From NCBI GenBank assembly GCA_020184695.1, contig JAANOX010000099.1, forward strand, positions 1 to 64,000: a stretch of DNA of 64,000 nt, given 5' to 3'. Shown one piece after another: positions 1 through 11,271 of the stretch (position 1 is its first letter; each line of letters opens with the position of its first letter). The notes under the pieces were generated by a model. It was not told where the DNA came from. It searched no databases and saw only the letters and a program-made list of their open reading frames with translations. The position numbers and the translations under genes were made by a program. This DNA is from Histomonas meleagridis 2922-C6/04-290x. Its lineage: Eukaryota; Protista; Parabasalia.

Positions 1-1034
1 ATCATTGACCAAGTCCCCACATGGCAAGACGCACCGGAAAGTCCGCTTTATAGTTTCCTGAACCTTCATGATCAAACCTCTTTTTCCTCTTCCTCTATAC
101 CGATTCCTTTTCCCATTTGGTCGAGCGCACTTTTGGTGAACTTTTAATTGAAATTCAAAATGAAGATTTTAAGTTGCTTTTCCAACTTGTGGCTATTGAA
201 ACATTATTATTTTTTTCACTTAGAAAAGAACATGCCAATTCTTAAAGTCAAGATGATGATGGAATATTAGATCATCTGGAAGAAGAAGAAAAGGTTGAAA
301 TTGACCGTTTGTAATTCAGGTGCCCTAATGTTGCTTGCACAAAATGTCTCTGAACTAAACTTAAGTAGTTCGGAATTCATAACTTTTCTTGCAATGCCCC
401 AGTGCAACAATTTGTTGATACTATCAATAATGTTTCATGGGAGTTTCGACAAGGAGGACCAGTTGAAAGAGATAAGCAGTTATAATAATATCAGGAATAT
501 ATGACACAACAAATTCAATGTACATTATTGGCGATGGTTTAATCAAGTCTGGGTATCGTGTTTAAATGCTCAACTTGTACTCTCCACTCCAGAATCGGTT
601 CTCAATTCTTACAGGTTTTGATCTTCTTACTGCATCCAAAAATGATTTCCAAAGTCCATCTCGTTGGGTTTGGCTTTGGTGGATTACAGCGCACATCTTT
701 ATCTTTTCATTCTGCTTTCAGCGAAATTATTTCACTTACATTAATAGCTAGCATATGAACCAAGTTATTCAATCATTCAGTTAGTTTCTTTACTGCTTTA
801 ACAGGAAAAGGCGATTTAATTGATGAAGTATCCAGGGGAATTTACCAGACCTTGAAGAATCCACCAAATTCATTATAAATGAAATCAAGAGTTTGCCAGC
901 TCTGTCGTCAGTGCTCGAATCACATGCGTGCCAAAGCGCCCAGGGCACCCCTTCCCAAGCTATCGGCCGATAGAATTCTTATCGTTCAACCGACAGATTG
1001 GGCCGAATTTTCATCCAGTTTTGGCTGGAGAGCC
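1..1034 (+). pseudogene. 3' part of an unidentified, heavily frame-broken coding sequence (tentative)
   Basis: Coding-like stretches in alternating frames (IIDQVPTWQDAPESPL..., DDDGILDHLEEEEKVEIDRL, FTALTGKGDLIDEVSRGIYQ, ...HPVLAGEPLVEEID* ending at TAA ~1032-1034), but no continuous ORF. Family not recognised. Confidence 0.3.
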
Positions 1035-1330
1035 TCTAGTCGAAGAAATTGATTAATAAATTTGAAAATTTAGTAAAAAAGAAATGGGGAAAAATGAACA
1101 ATTTCCGTATAAATTTAAAAATATTTTGAAATTTTGAATTTTTTTTTTGGGAATTACGATTTTGGCAGGTAGCTTAAGGCTAAATGCAATTAAAATACAA
1201 CACCAAATACAAAAAAGAAAATTTAAATCACAAAAAAAAACATTAGAAACGGTTTTGATCGGCATGTACTCTATCCAAAATTTATAATTTTTAAGTATTT
1301 TTATTATATAACATAAAATGAGTAGAATAT

Positions 1331-2410
1331 CTAGTCGTAACCATCGTCATCATCCAAATTGTCATTATCTACATAATAGTATAATCATCATCAGAAGAAT
1401 CACCGTCTTCATCATCATCTTCTAATTCGGATGACTCTGTCGTTTTAAACAGAGCTCCCCTGTTTGGAATCTTCTTGTGCTTGTTGGAGACCTCCAACTT
1501 TGTATTTGATCCTTCTCATCATCGAGATTATCTTGCTCAAGACGACCGACGGCCCTGGAGGTGGAGGAGAAGGAGCCCAGTTTGGAGAATTTGTATTTCT
1601 GACAGGATTGAGTAAAATTAAATTATTTGGATTCAATGTAGAATTTCTTGATCACCTGTAAATGTTGTTCCAAAACCAATTACCCAATCTAATGGAGGGT
1701 TAGGAGGAAAGGGGATTATTAAATTGAGAATCGATATTAAAATGAAGAAGAACTAAAACCATTAAGCCCACCTCCAACAAAACCACGATTACTACCGTGG
1801 AAGGAGGTGGTGGTACAAGGTATTTGTTCCCATTAAAATCAATAAGTTCCGATGTGAAAGAAACCAAAATTCGCTGGGTCTATGGAATTTTCATGGATAA
1901 GACTGATTTCTACGTTTTGAGGCGGTTGTTTGGTGAGCCTTCTGGTTTAAAGGATCATCATTTAATAGGTTATGTAATAAATCAAAATTAATCTTACTTT
2001 CTGTGCTACCTTCCTCTGTAGATTTAATGTTAAAGCATTTTCAACAATTTCATACATTTTAATTTAAATCTGTTGAATTACAGTTGCCGATGTCAGAATC
2101 TTCACCAAAAACGTACAGTTACGTACCCGGAAACGTAACACTTTTATTTCCTCATTAGGATCAGACGAATAACTAAAATTTGATTCCAAAAGGGATTAAT
2201 TACAGATTTATCAATCCTCTTGATTGTGTAATGTCCCTGCTTTGAATTTAAATCAGCGTAACATGAAGATTCTATTGTGTCAAATTATTTTCCTTGGAAG
2301 ATTGGATGCTGAGTTAATTCTTAAGCAAGAGTTTCATTTGGCTAAAAATAACCGCCAACGAGGTGGAGGAACTTAATAACTTTTGATAAATCATAGAATA
2401 ATTTCATCCA
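1331..2410 (-). pseudogene. frame-broken C2-domain protein with Pro-rich segment and acidic tail
   Basis: Minus-strand fragments in different frames: LRINSASNLP, TIKRIDKSVINPFWNQ (C2 NPxWN motif), LYVFGEDSDIG, PSPPPPG, ELEDDDEDGDSSDDDY, VDNDNLDDDDGYD*. Confidence 0.5.
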
Positions 2411-2638
2411 TTTTGAAAACGTTATAGTGCGATACAACTCAAAAATTGTCAAATCTACTTGGAACAAAAATATAACTTTATTGATTTATTAAAAATTAAA
2501 ATTTGAAAGTATAATCATTTTGCGTCTTATTATGAGCCAAATATGAAAATCTTATTTAAATAGTCTATACGCGTTTTCAAGTTTCTTCTTTTTTTTTATC
2601 TATATTTCATATAACATGTCTCATATAGATTCATAAAA

Positions 2639-4453
2639 ATGAGCACTCAGAAAAGCCATCATAAAAGTCATTCACATAAATCCAAGAAATCTGAAGTAGA
2701 AAACAGTGAAGAAATTTCAGCAGATGCTTCAAAGGAATTAGATTGTTTCGACGTCGTCCTGAAATTAGAGATGTGGGTTGCAGGGTTGATCAATTACTCG
2801 GGCTGCAACACTCTCATCGCTTTGTTTCGAGATCGTCGTCTTTATCCTCAAGAAAGGAAGTATATGTCACTTGTCCTTCCACCACCTCGAACTTTTAGGT
2901 CTAACTCAAACAGCTTCAGCCCTTACTGACTCATTTTGAATTCCCAATATATGCACCTGATCATCCATCAGATCTTCCCAACTTCTTCATCATCTTGAGC
3001 GTGGTGTTCTTAGTGCCGATCGTTTCTGGAATTTTACTTTTTGCTCTGCCATGTCTTATCCCACTGAAAATTGAAGCTGTTCAAAAGCAGTTGCGTCAAC
3101 AAACCAGTGCCGTTTTAGGTGTTGTTGTTGGGCAAACGACCGAATCCCAACCATTAAATCAAGAAAAGCTCGAAGATTTGAGAGTCAATTGAGTTTGATG
3201 AAGATACCAAATGCCCTCAAAGGCACCATCAATCAGCTTGTATGGGTTGCTGCGGAGTCGATTTTATCCCAAACTTAGCCCTCGTAATATGTTGAAATTT
3301 TCACGACGACATATCAGCGGACCATATGTCATCATTTCAAATGTTACAAAAACTTCAAGAAAGCATGGCCACTCATAGCTCAATCAAAGAGCCGCCTAAG
3401 AAAGATTGCACGGCAAGAGACAAAGATGAGCTACAATTTGTTGTGTGTGGAGTGGATGGATCGAAAACATGGATTTCTTCGATTTCGATGCCGCTTTACT
3501 CAAAACTTAACACAATGGCTTTCCACCATTAATACTCGTCGACAGACATCACAAAAGCGTATGTTGAATGTTCTTCAAAAGCAAATCGAAGGAAAATCGA
3601 GCGATGACTTCTTATCGCATTCCAAATTCGACTTAAGTAATGTTAAAATTCCGGAGAAATTATTTTTGTCGCAATTCACTTTAATGTCATTAGATGTCAG
3701 TGTTCTAGCGCGACAAATCGTAATGTCCAGTGCGAAGTATTACTATTCGATCACACCAAAAGAATTATTGGATTGCGCATGGAGCAAGCCGAGCATTCGA
3801 CATCGCTCACCGAATGTTGTTGCGTTAACTAATAACTTCAATGTCATTGCAGATTGGGTCAATATAACATATTATGTTCGGAAACAATTGATTCGCGTTT
3901 AGAAGCGTTTAAGTTCTTTTCGCAATTAGCTAAAGAGTTATGGCAACTACACGATTACTTGGACGGCATAGCTATAGCGACGGCAATGAACTCGAACGCG
4001 ATCTTTAGGTTAAAGCATCACTTAGAGTCATTGCCAGAAAATGTGATGGAGCCAATTCACGAAATCCTCGACGCGATAAAGAGCGATGATAACTTCGCAA
4101 AGATTCGTAACATTCATGACGAAGGACAAAAGAGTGGTCCGTGTCTTCCATACATTGGCGTTTACTTGACACAATTGACTTTCTTCTATGATGGTAATAA
4201 GGATTACATCGACGATTTGGTCAACTACAATAAGTGCATAGGCATATTCAAGCTGATCGATAAGATACAAAGCTTCCAAATCAAACAATTCAACTTCGTG
4301 GTGATAGAGCAAATACAAGAAAAGTTGTCGGAAATTGTAATGCACGACGAAAGCGAACTGTACGCAAAGAGCTTGAGCGTAGAGCCCGGTAAGGTGACGG
4401 CGGAAGAATTCGAGCAAATGAGACTCAAGGAAAGAGCGGAAAAAGGACAGTAA
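2639..4453 (+). pseudogene. RasGEF (REM + CDC25-like domain), split over at least 5 ORFs
   Basis: LKGTINQLVW (REM-like), QIVMSSAKYYYSITPKELLDCAWSKP...NVVALTNNFNVIADWV, and an intact C-terminal part PCLPYIGVYLTQLTFFYDGNKDYIDDLVNYNK. Multiple frameshifts upstream of ~3900. Could be a pseudogene or sequencing indels. Confidence 0.75.
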
Positions 4454-4727
4454 AAAATGATTAATTTTATTTTGCGAATTGATCAAAATTTTTTGGTGTT
4501 TAGCGTTACGATAATTGTTGGAATGTTTGATGATCATCCAGATGGAAATAAAGAAAATTCAGTGGGGTTATCAATTAATATTGGTACGTACTGTTTAGAG
4601 TATATTTTTTGCGGTATGAATATGTTTTTATTCAAATATCAGGTTTTATATGGCGCATATACATTTTGAAATTTATTAAATAATGTCAATATATGTAAAA
4701 ATGAATAAATAAAATATATATAAGAAT

Positions 4728-5144
4728 TTAATTACGTTCGCCACGAATTCTTTGAGCAAGTTGAACATCACGTTCCATAATTGTAACACGATTTGCATGA
4801 ATTGCACAAAGATTCGTATCTTCGAAAAGACCAACAAGGTAAGCTTCGGATGCTTCTTGGAGAGCTGCAATTGCTGATGATTGGAAACGAAGATCACCAC
4901 GGAAACCAGATGCGATTTCACGAACAAGACGTTGGAATGGAAGCTTACGGATAAGAAGATCTGTGCTCTTTTGGTATTTACGAATTTCACGAAGAGCAAC
5001 TGTACCTGGCCTGAAACGATGTTGCTTCTTAGCACCTTGTGAATCAACAACTGGTGTTGACTTACGAGCTGCCTTAGCACCGAGTGATTTACGTGGAGTC
5101 TTACCACCAGTAGATTTACGAGCTGTTTGTTTTGTACGAGCCAT
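4728..5144 (-). CDS. H3: histone H3
   Basis: [15 protein letters not shown]...[35 protein letters not shown]; stop codon lies within TAAA. Confidence 0.99.
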   Translation of the reverse strand: MARTKQTARKSTGGKTPRKSLGAKAARKSTPVVDSQGAKKQHRFRPGTVALREIRKYQKSTDLLIRKLPFQRLVREIASGFRGDLRFQSSAIAALQEASEAYLVGLFEDTNLCAIHANRVTIMERDVQLAQRIRGERN

Positions 5145-5150
5145 GAGAAA

Positions 5151-5155
5151 AATGA
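5151..5155 (-). promoter_or_regulatory. initiator (Inr) element of H3
   Basis: TCATT 6 nt upstream of the ATG; matches the trichomonad Inr consensus TCA(+1)Y(T/A). Confidence 0.6.
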
Positions 5156-5291
5156 ACAGATAAATTTTCCCGCCTTTTCGGAGAAAGAATTAATAGAAAA
5201 TGACAAAATTGATATTCAATTTTTATTGGTGTAAAATGTCAGTCAATATGGCATATAATATTGGGGCCAATATTAAATTTTAAATAAAGGG

Positions 5292-6104
5292 ATAACTGAC
5301 AAATTCGAAGTGCAAAATCTCCCAAATCAAGTCGGACCTTATCACATGCAAAACACCGTTAGCGACGATGATGAAGATTCGATAATAAAAGAATGTGTTC
5401 ATCAAGAAAGTAATCAGAAATATATCTGCAAAATTATGCCAAAAAAACTTGATGATAAAGAGTAAGAGAAACACATTGAACTACAAAAAGAAATCAATCA
5501 ACAACTTCACCATCCAGGAATTGTGGAAATGATTGATTTTCTTTCTGATAAAAATTATTATTATTTTATTTTTGAATATTGCCCAAATGGAGATTTATTT
5601 GATTATTTAATGAATAAAGGCCATCTTGATGAAAGTGAAGCAAAACCAATTTTCCGACAGATTCTCGAAGCTGTCCAATACATCCATTCTAATAGAGTTG
5701 CACATCGTAACCTCAAAGTAGAAAGTATTTTAATTGATGAGTCATGGCAATTTAAAATCACGAATTTTATTCTCGCTAATTTTGTTGATAGGAATAACTT
5801 AGTTAAGACTCCATGTGGAAGTCCATGCTATGCATCTCCCGAATGTATTAGTGGGCAGCCTTACAATGGGTTCACTAGTGATGTATGGAGTTGTGGTGTC
5901 ATATTATTCGTCATGTTAACCGGAAGTTTCCCATGGACTAAAAGAAAACAAGCGGAGCTTTTCACACAAATCCGTAATGGAAGGTTTACGATTCCCTCTA
6001 AACTCAGTCCCGAGGCGCAAAACATCATCAAAAAATTGATGACCGTAAATCCTATCGAACGATACACTATTGAAGATGCTCTTAGTGACCCATGGCTATC
6101 ATAA
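5292..6104 (+). pseudogene. CAMK-family kinase pseudogene or pseudokinase
   Basis: The frame of ORF 5523-6104 continues upstream (LPNQVGPYHMQNTV...YICKIMPK...LHHPGIVEMIDF) through an in-frame TAA at 5463-5465. HRD is HRN, DFG is NFI and the Gly-rich loop is lost. CGSPCYASPE and DVWSCGVIL are retained. Confidence 0.8.
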
Positions 6105-6384
6105 TATTTTAGTAGGTTAAAATGAATAATGAATACTTTCAACTGGTGGCAATCGTGTACATATTTTAATGATTTAAAAACATTGGTTTCTATATACCTA
6201 AATTTTGAATTGTTTTCATTTTTTGTTAAAACTTAAGTTATTGGAAAAAGAATTTTTTAGAAAAAGCACTTTGGTTTTTGTTCAATTTAATCGTGAAAAA
6301 ATACATAATTTATTTAGAATCTTTTAAAAAAAAAATAAGAAATATTTAAATATACAAAACTAAATATATCTTCTCTATATAAGT

Positions 6385-6499
6385 GATATCAACAGAGATA
6401 TCTTGTCAAGACGATTAATTATTTATCTGAAATTAGTCATACATAATGATTCCAATTACTTCTTGAACAAAAAGGAATTATTATCAATGCGAAAGATAA
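6385..6499 (+). pseudogene. degenerate ankyrin-repeat remnant
   Basis: Reads DINRDILS/TINYLSEISHT**FQLLLEQKGIIINAKD, the same repeat type as the DUF3447 arrays. Confidence 0.55.
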
Positions 6500-6516
6500 A
6501 CATTCATTAATAATGA

Positions 6517-7139
6517 TCAAGGCCCATATAATTGAAAATGATTCATATATGTCTTTTCGTTATCTCCCCAGTTCTGTACTACATCAAGATGCATGGAATT
6601 GAAGAGAATGTCTGTTTCCAAATCAAATGCAATTCGCCAATTCTGAATATTCATTTGGAAGATCAAAAGTATGCGTCTTGAAAACTAAATCATTTTGTAA
6701 GTAAAAAAGTAACCGAAATTGTCGAATTGTTGATGACACATGTGTAACAGAAATTGGAGAAAAAATTATATGTCGGGCTAAGCATAAAGTAATGGCTTTA
6801 AACTTGAAAATTGGAGAATTCTGCTTGCCTGTAAAAGATGGAGCAATGTTTGATGGAAGCTTTTCTTTTTTTTCGAAATATTTTAAATGGCATGAGAAAA
6901 TTAAAATATTGTTTCGTTCTTGATGAATTAATATCAACAAGAGATAATGGTATAATGCTCTCTTCTCTTGTTTTTAAAGTGTTTGAACTTGATTGATTTA
7001 TTAATTCATTTAATTTTTCACGAGCTAATGTTAAATTTGTCAACTCCCAGAAAACCTGCCCTATCTTTAGGGTTTCTTCTTTTACCATATTTTCTATTTC
7101 TTCACATAAAGAAGATGTACATAATAATATGGAGATCAT
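6517..7139 (-). pseudogene. SUN-domain-like protein with two frameshifts (paralog of 10426-11037)
   Basis: MISILLCTSSLC leader, then SPISVTHVSSTIRQFRLLFY, then in another frame AFDLETDILFNSMHLDVVQNWGDNEKTYMNHFQLYGP*. Colinear with the intact paralog. One shift falls in an A-run near 6862-6873. Confidence 0.6.
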
Positions 7140-7501
7140 TTCAAAATAAAAAAGTGTATCCTAAAGTGATCAAATTCGAAAATTTATCTATTTTAATGAT
7201 GAACCCCAAGGATATCAAAATTTTACATAAAATTCATTTTTTGAAAAATTTTTATTTAAGGATATTTTATTACTACTAATTTTGTTTTTAAGGAAAATAA
7301 TTTTTTTGCCCATCAAATAATGATTTAAAATCATATGTTTTATATTTGTGGTATATTCATTTCTTTAAATGTCTTTGTACAGATCTTATTTAAGTTGACC
7401 AATTTAGTGATGTATTTTTTGTATCCAAAGAGAAACGAAAACTTATATCTTATTAATAATAAAATTATTTTTGAATTATTTATTTACCTTTGTTTCCTGA
7501 A

Positions 7502-8047
7502 TTATTTCATTTTATGAATTTGTTCACCAAGCCAATCTAATCCTTCATACAAACCATCTCCTGTTGTTGCACATGTTCCTTGAACTTGCCATGGACGATT
7601 TGTGATTGTGTTAAGTTTTAATCTATTTCCTAATTCCATTGGCTTAACTGCATTTGGAAGATCTTGTTTGTTAGCATAAACAAGTAAAACTGAATTACGT
7701 AATTCATCTTCTTCCAGAAGTCTATGTAAAACATCACGTGCTTCATCAATTCTTCCGATATCATTAGAATCAACAACAAAAATAAGTCCTTGTGTATTGT
7801 GGAAATAATGTCTCCAAAGTGGTCGAATTCGATCTTGACCTCCAACATCCCATACATTCATGTTAAGTCCTTTGTATTCAAATGTTTCAACATTAAAACC
7901 AATTGTTGGAATTGTTGTTACTTGTTCTCCAAGTTTAAGTTTATATAAAACTGTGGTTTTTCCTGCTGCATCAAGTCCTAACATAAGAATTCTTGTTTCT
8001 TTGTTCTTAAACCATTTGTTATATATATCACTGAAGAATAAACCCAT
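7502..8047 (-). CDS. ARF: ADP-ribosylation factor GTPase
   Basis: MG start, [32 protein letters not shown]. Confidence 0.97.
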   Translation of the reverse strand: MGLFFSDIYNKWFKNKETRILMLGLDAAGKTTVLYKLKLGEQVTTIPTIGFNVETFEYKGLNMNVWDVGGQDRIRPLWRHYFHNTQGLIFVVDSNDIGRIDEARDVLHRLLEEDELRNSVLLVYANKQDLPNAVKPMELGNRLKLNTITNRPWQVQGTCATTGDGLYEGLDWLGEQIHKMK

Positions 8048-8199
8048 TGTATTAATGATGTGACTGAATGCTTGATCAACACATTTCTACAACTTTCCAT
8101 CTGACCAAAATCGAGATTTAACGATAGAAAAATTTAAACGTTCTATTTCACGTCACTTTTCCCTCTTTAAGCAAATTTGCTTGGCTTAAATTTAGATTT

Positions 8200-9144
8200 A
8201 ATGACATATGCAAATTGATTTTTTTTAATATTTTCTGTGATCGTTCCCGTAGTAAATATACTGGCTGATAAAACAACACTTTCTTCAATTTTAGTTTCTT
8301 TTTACGAAAAAGAATTAATGTCACTGCTACTATTGCACAAATAACAATTGGAACACAAACCCCAATAAAAGTATTATTATTATCATTTGTTTGTTCATAA
8401 TCATTTTGATAAAAAATAGTAAAGAAATAACTAATGTATTCAATATAAATGATTTAATAAGTGCAACTGTTTGTGATATTGTATATGTTAACATTTTAAA
8501 ATGAATGATAAATCGTTACATTATATTGATATTTACTTGTAAAAGTATTCGATTGTAAAAATATTTTTGTTCTAAAGTATAGTAATCTTTAATCCTATAC
8601 TGATGGTAAAATCACCAAATTGTCCAACTATAATCTATATGTATCAAATGTCATTACTTTACTTAAACAAACATTAAAACTAAATTTGGGATATATATAT
8701 ATATATATATATATTTTAAGATCCGATAAATTCCATTTGTAATTCATTTAGGATATATCATAATCATTGATATTATTATCATAAAAAATTCATCATTTTC
8801 ATAATTAGATACTTTAATATGATGAAGATTTATACATAAAGAAAAAGCTTTCTGTGATATTGATGAAACTGATGATGAAATTGTTGTATTATTCAAATTA
8901 TTGGAATCACTAAATACATGATCTTTAAATGCTATATAGCATTGTTCAAATAATATATTTGATTTTCTGAAGAAATGTTAATAATTTGAAAAATTCCACA
9001 TGAAATAAGTATGTGATGGTAATGCTGTACTGAAGCGTGAATTTTTATGTTATTCAAGGAATAACAAATGTCAAATGCAATTTCCCCAATTTTTCTCCGA
9101 GTGTAACAATTTCCAATTTTAGCAATCATATCAAAAATGGTCAT
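8200..9144 (-). pseudogene. BspA-like LRR surface protein remnant with C-terminal TM
   Basis: AFKDHVFSDSNNLNNTTISSSVSSISQKAFSLCINLHHI (TpLRR pattern) and IGVCVPIVICAIVAVTLILFRKK (TM + basic stop-transfer), separated by stops and frameshifts. Ends approximate. Confidence 0.55.
8691..8712. repeat. (AT)n microsatellite
   Basis: About 11 AT units inside the BspA remnant. Confidence 0.9.
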
Positions 9145-9349
9145 TAATTGAAAGTACTTTTAAATAAGAAGTGAGCAAATGTATAAAGAATCAATTCCTT
9201 TAAGATTTGATATATTTATAAATAACCAGAAGTATTTTTGGACAATATTTCACATTTCTTTTGCGATTTATAAATTGTTAAAAAATTTTACTTTGTTTAA
9301 TTCAATCCAAACATCATAAAGAAATGAATCTTTATGAAAACATTTATTC

Positions 9350-10132
9350 TCAGTCATCCAATGGCTGCAAAATTCTTTCAGAAGATGCTCTTCTACTTCG
9401 ATAGCCCGGACTCGATCTTCTTCTCTTACTAACGACGCCTGCGCTCTTCAGTGTCTCAAACACTTCCCTCATCTTGAGATACGCCTTGTGCTGCCTTCCT
9501 TCGACGTGTTCTGCCATTCGCCCTTCCATATCGCTTTGTTTGATAACCGCTGTACAGACTTCGCAAATCGTAATTTTGGATTCCTTTTCGGCATTGATTT
9601 TACGAAGTTCGTCTTCTTTGTTCAAATATTGTTGTTTGACAGTATCTGCATTATCATATAATGCTCGAGCTCGTGCAACATCTCCATTAACACCACACTC
9701 TCGACACTGTTCAAGTAGGGCCTTAGCCCGCTTCTCCATTTCGCGTAATTGAGGATTTTCTTGATGTTCAGATGCTTTATTATCCCGAAGATTCTTGGAA
9801 AAGGCAATGTGCTTGTCGGCTAAACGAAGAATACCTTCTAAGATATCATAAAGTTGTTGGTCATATGTAGTTTTCATTCCGTTTCTATCTTTCTGGTATT
9901 TTTCTTTGAGATGTTTGGGTGCAGGACATATTTTATAACGACATGGTTGACGAGCCATTCTGGTGTGGAGGAGTAATGTATAAGGACAGCAACCTGCAAG
10001 ATCTAATTTGCATATTCTTTCATCATTATAATCAGTGATAACATCAACTGCAGAATCACCATTACGGTCAGCGCCCATCCAATCGTCAAGCATCTTTTCG
10101 AATTCTGCATATTTATAACTTGTGTATTTCAT
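9350..10132 (-). CDS. LUC7: LUC7-family U1 snRNP-associated splicing factor
   Basis: MLDDWMGADRNG, two CCCH/C2H2-type zinc fingers (C...GCCP...C; CEVC...H....H), RS-like tail. Confidence 0.85.
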   Translation of the reverse strand: MKYTSYKYAEFEKMLDDWMGADRNGDSAVDVITDYNDERICKLDLAGCCPYTLLLHTRMARQPCRYKICPAPKHLKEKYQKDRNGMKTTYDQQLYDILEGILRLADKHIAFSKNLRDNKASEHQENPQLREMEKRAKALLEQCRECGVNGDVARARALYDNADTVKQQYLNKEDELRKINAEKESKITICEVCTAVIKQSDMEGRMAEHVEGRQHKAYLKMREVFETLKSAGVVSKRRRSSPGYRSRRASSERILQPLDD

Positions 10133-10425
10133 GTCGTGATTTAATTACTCGAACAAATAAACTCTGAAAAACTGGATTTTGAATGGTTCAGCATTTTTTC
10201 CTTCATTAAGCTAAAAACGAAGAATGGTTGAATATTTTAAACAAAGAGTAACATAATAAATTCATAACACTACAAAAATAAAAGGGCTAAGATTTTTTTT
10301 TCATTTAAATAAAAGTATTAATCTTAAAATTTAATAATTTCCCAAAAGAATTATAAATTGTAAGTCTAATAATGTTTGCCCTTGTTAAAAAAAAACAAAA
10401 AATGTTTTTTAATCACAGATAATTT

Positions 10426-11037
10426 TCATTGACGCGGTCCAAGAATTTTGAACATAGGTAAACAGGTTTTCTCTGGCTCGCCCCAGTTCTGAATTATATT
10501 TGCTTCTACTTTATCAAATACTACAACAGTTTCGAGATCAAATAGAAGCTGAGCTGAACACCCATTTGGAAAATCAATCACACTTGACTTTTTCATGAAT
10601 TTGTTATGATAGTAAAAGTCAAAACGGATTTGCCTTGGAACACATTTTGAGCTTGGTGTCGGAGAAATGAGAATTTGACTGGCAACAGAATCTGTAGGAG
10701 TTTTAAATGTAAAAATTGGCGCAAACCCCTTCCCAATTATACATGGAGGAAAAGATTCAGGAATTGTATTATTTGATGAAAAAAGCCGAAAGGGTTTCAT
10801 CAAACTATTATATTCATCAGTTCTTGATGAATTTATTGAAGAAAGTGAAACAGGTTTTTCTTCTAAAGATTGCATGGATTTTTTGGAAACAGTAGGGATT
10901 ATGAATTTAAGTCTTGTTTTGATTACTTCGAGTTTTTTAAAAAGTTCGTCGATATTAGAAATTTTGTTCTGTAGCTTGTTGGAAATATCATCAATTGTGT
11001 CTTTATTATAGACAAATTGCAACAAAAAAAAAATCAT
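10426..11037 (-). CDS. SUN (Sad1/UNC-84)-like domain protein with short hydrophobic leader and coiled coil
   Basis: First ATG at 11037 (MIFFLLQF). C-terminus FDKVEANIIQNWGEPEKTCLPMFKILG resembles the SUN NWG...TC..F...G motif. Confidence 0.6.
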   Translation of the reverse strand: MIFFLLQFVYNKDTIDDISNKLQNKISNIDELFKKLEVIKTRLKFIIPTVSKKSMQSLEEKPVSLSSINSSRTDEYNSLMKPFRLFSSNNTIPESFPPCIIGKGFAPIFTFKTPTDSVASQILISPTPSSKCVPRQIRFDFYYHNKFMKKSSVIDFPNGCSAQLLFDLETVVVFDKVEANIIQNWGEPEKTCLPMFKILGPRQ

Positions 11038-11271
11038 GTTTAATTTTATGCCAAAATTAAAAATATACAATTTTTAATGTCTTTCAAAATCATTAGCCGA
11101 TAGAAACACCAATATTTCTTGTTTGATTTCTTCATTAACACTTGAAACTGACATTAATCGTTTTTCCATTATGAACGGTATTAAAGAACATTGTATTTTC
11201 AGAAAAAGATTCCAACAATTAATTGGAAAAAGAAATTATTTTTTGCAATAACTTTAAATTTATATTTTTAT

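Noticed and set aside
5463-5465. Alternative genetic code (TAA = Gln)
   Set aside because: TAA terminates H3, EF-1alpha, RPS20 and most other genes, and long ORFs have no internal TAA/TAG.
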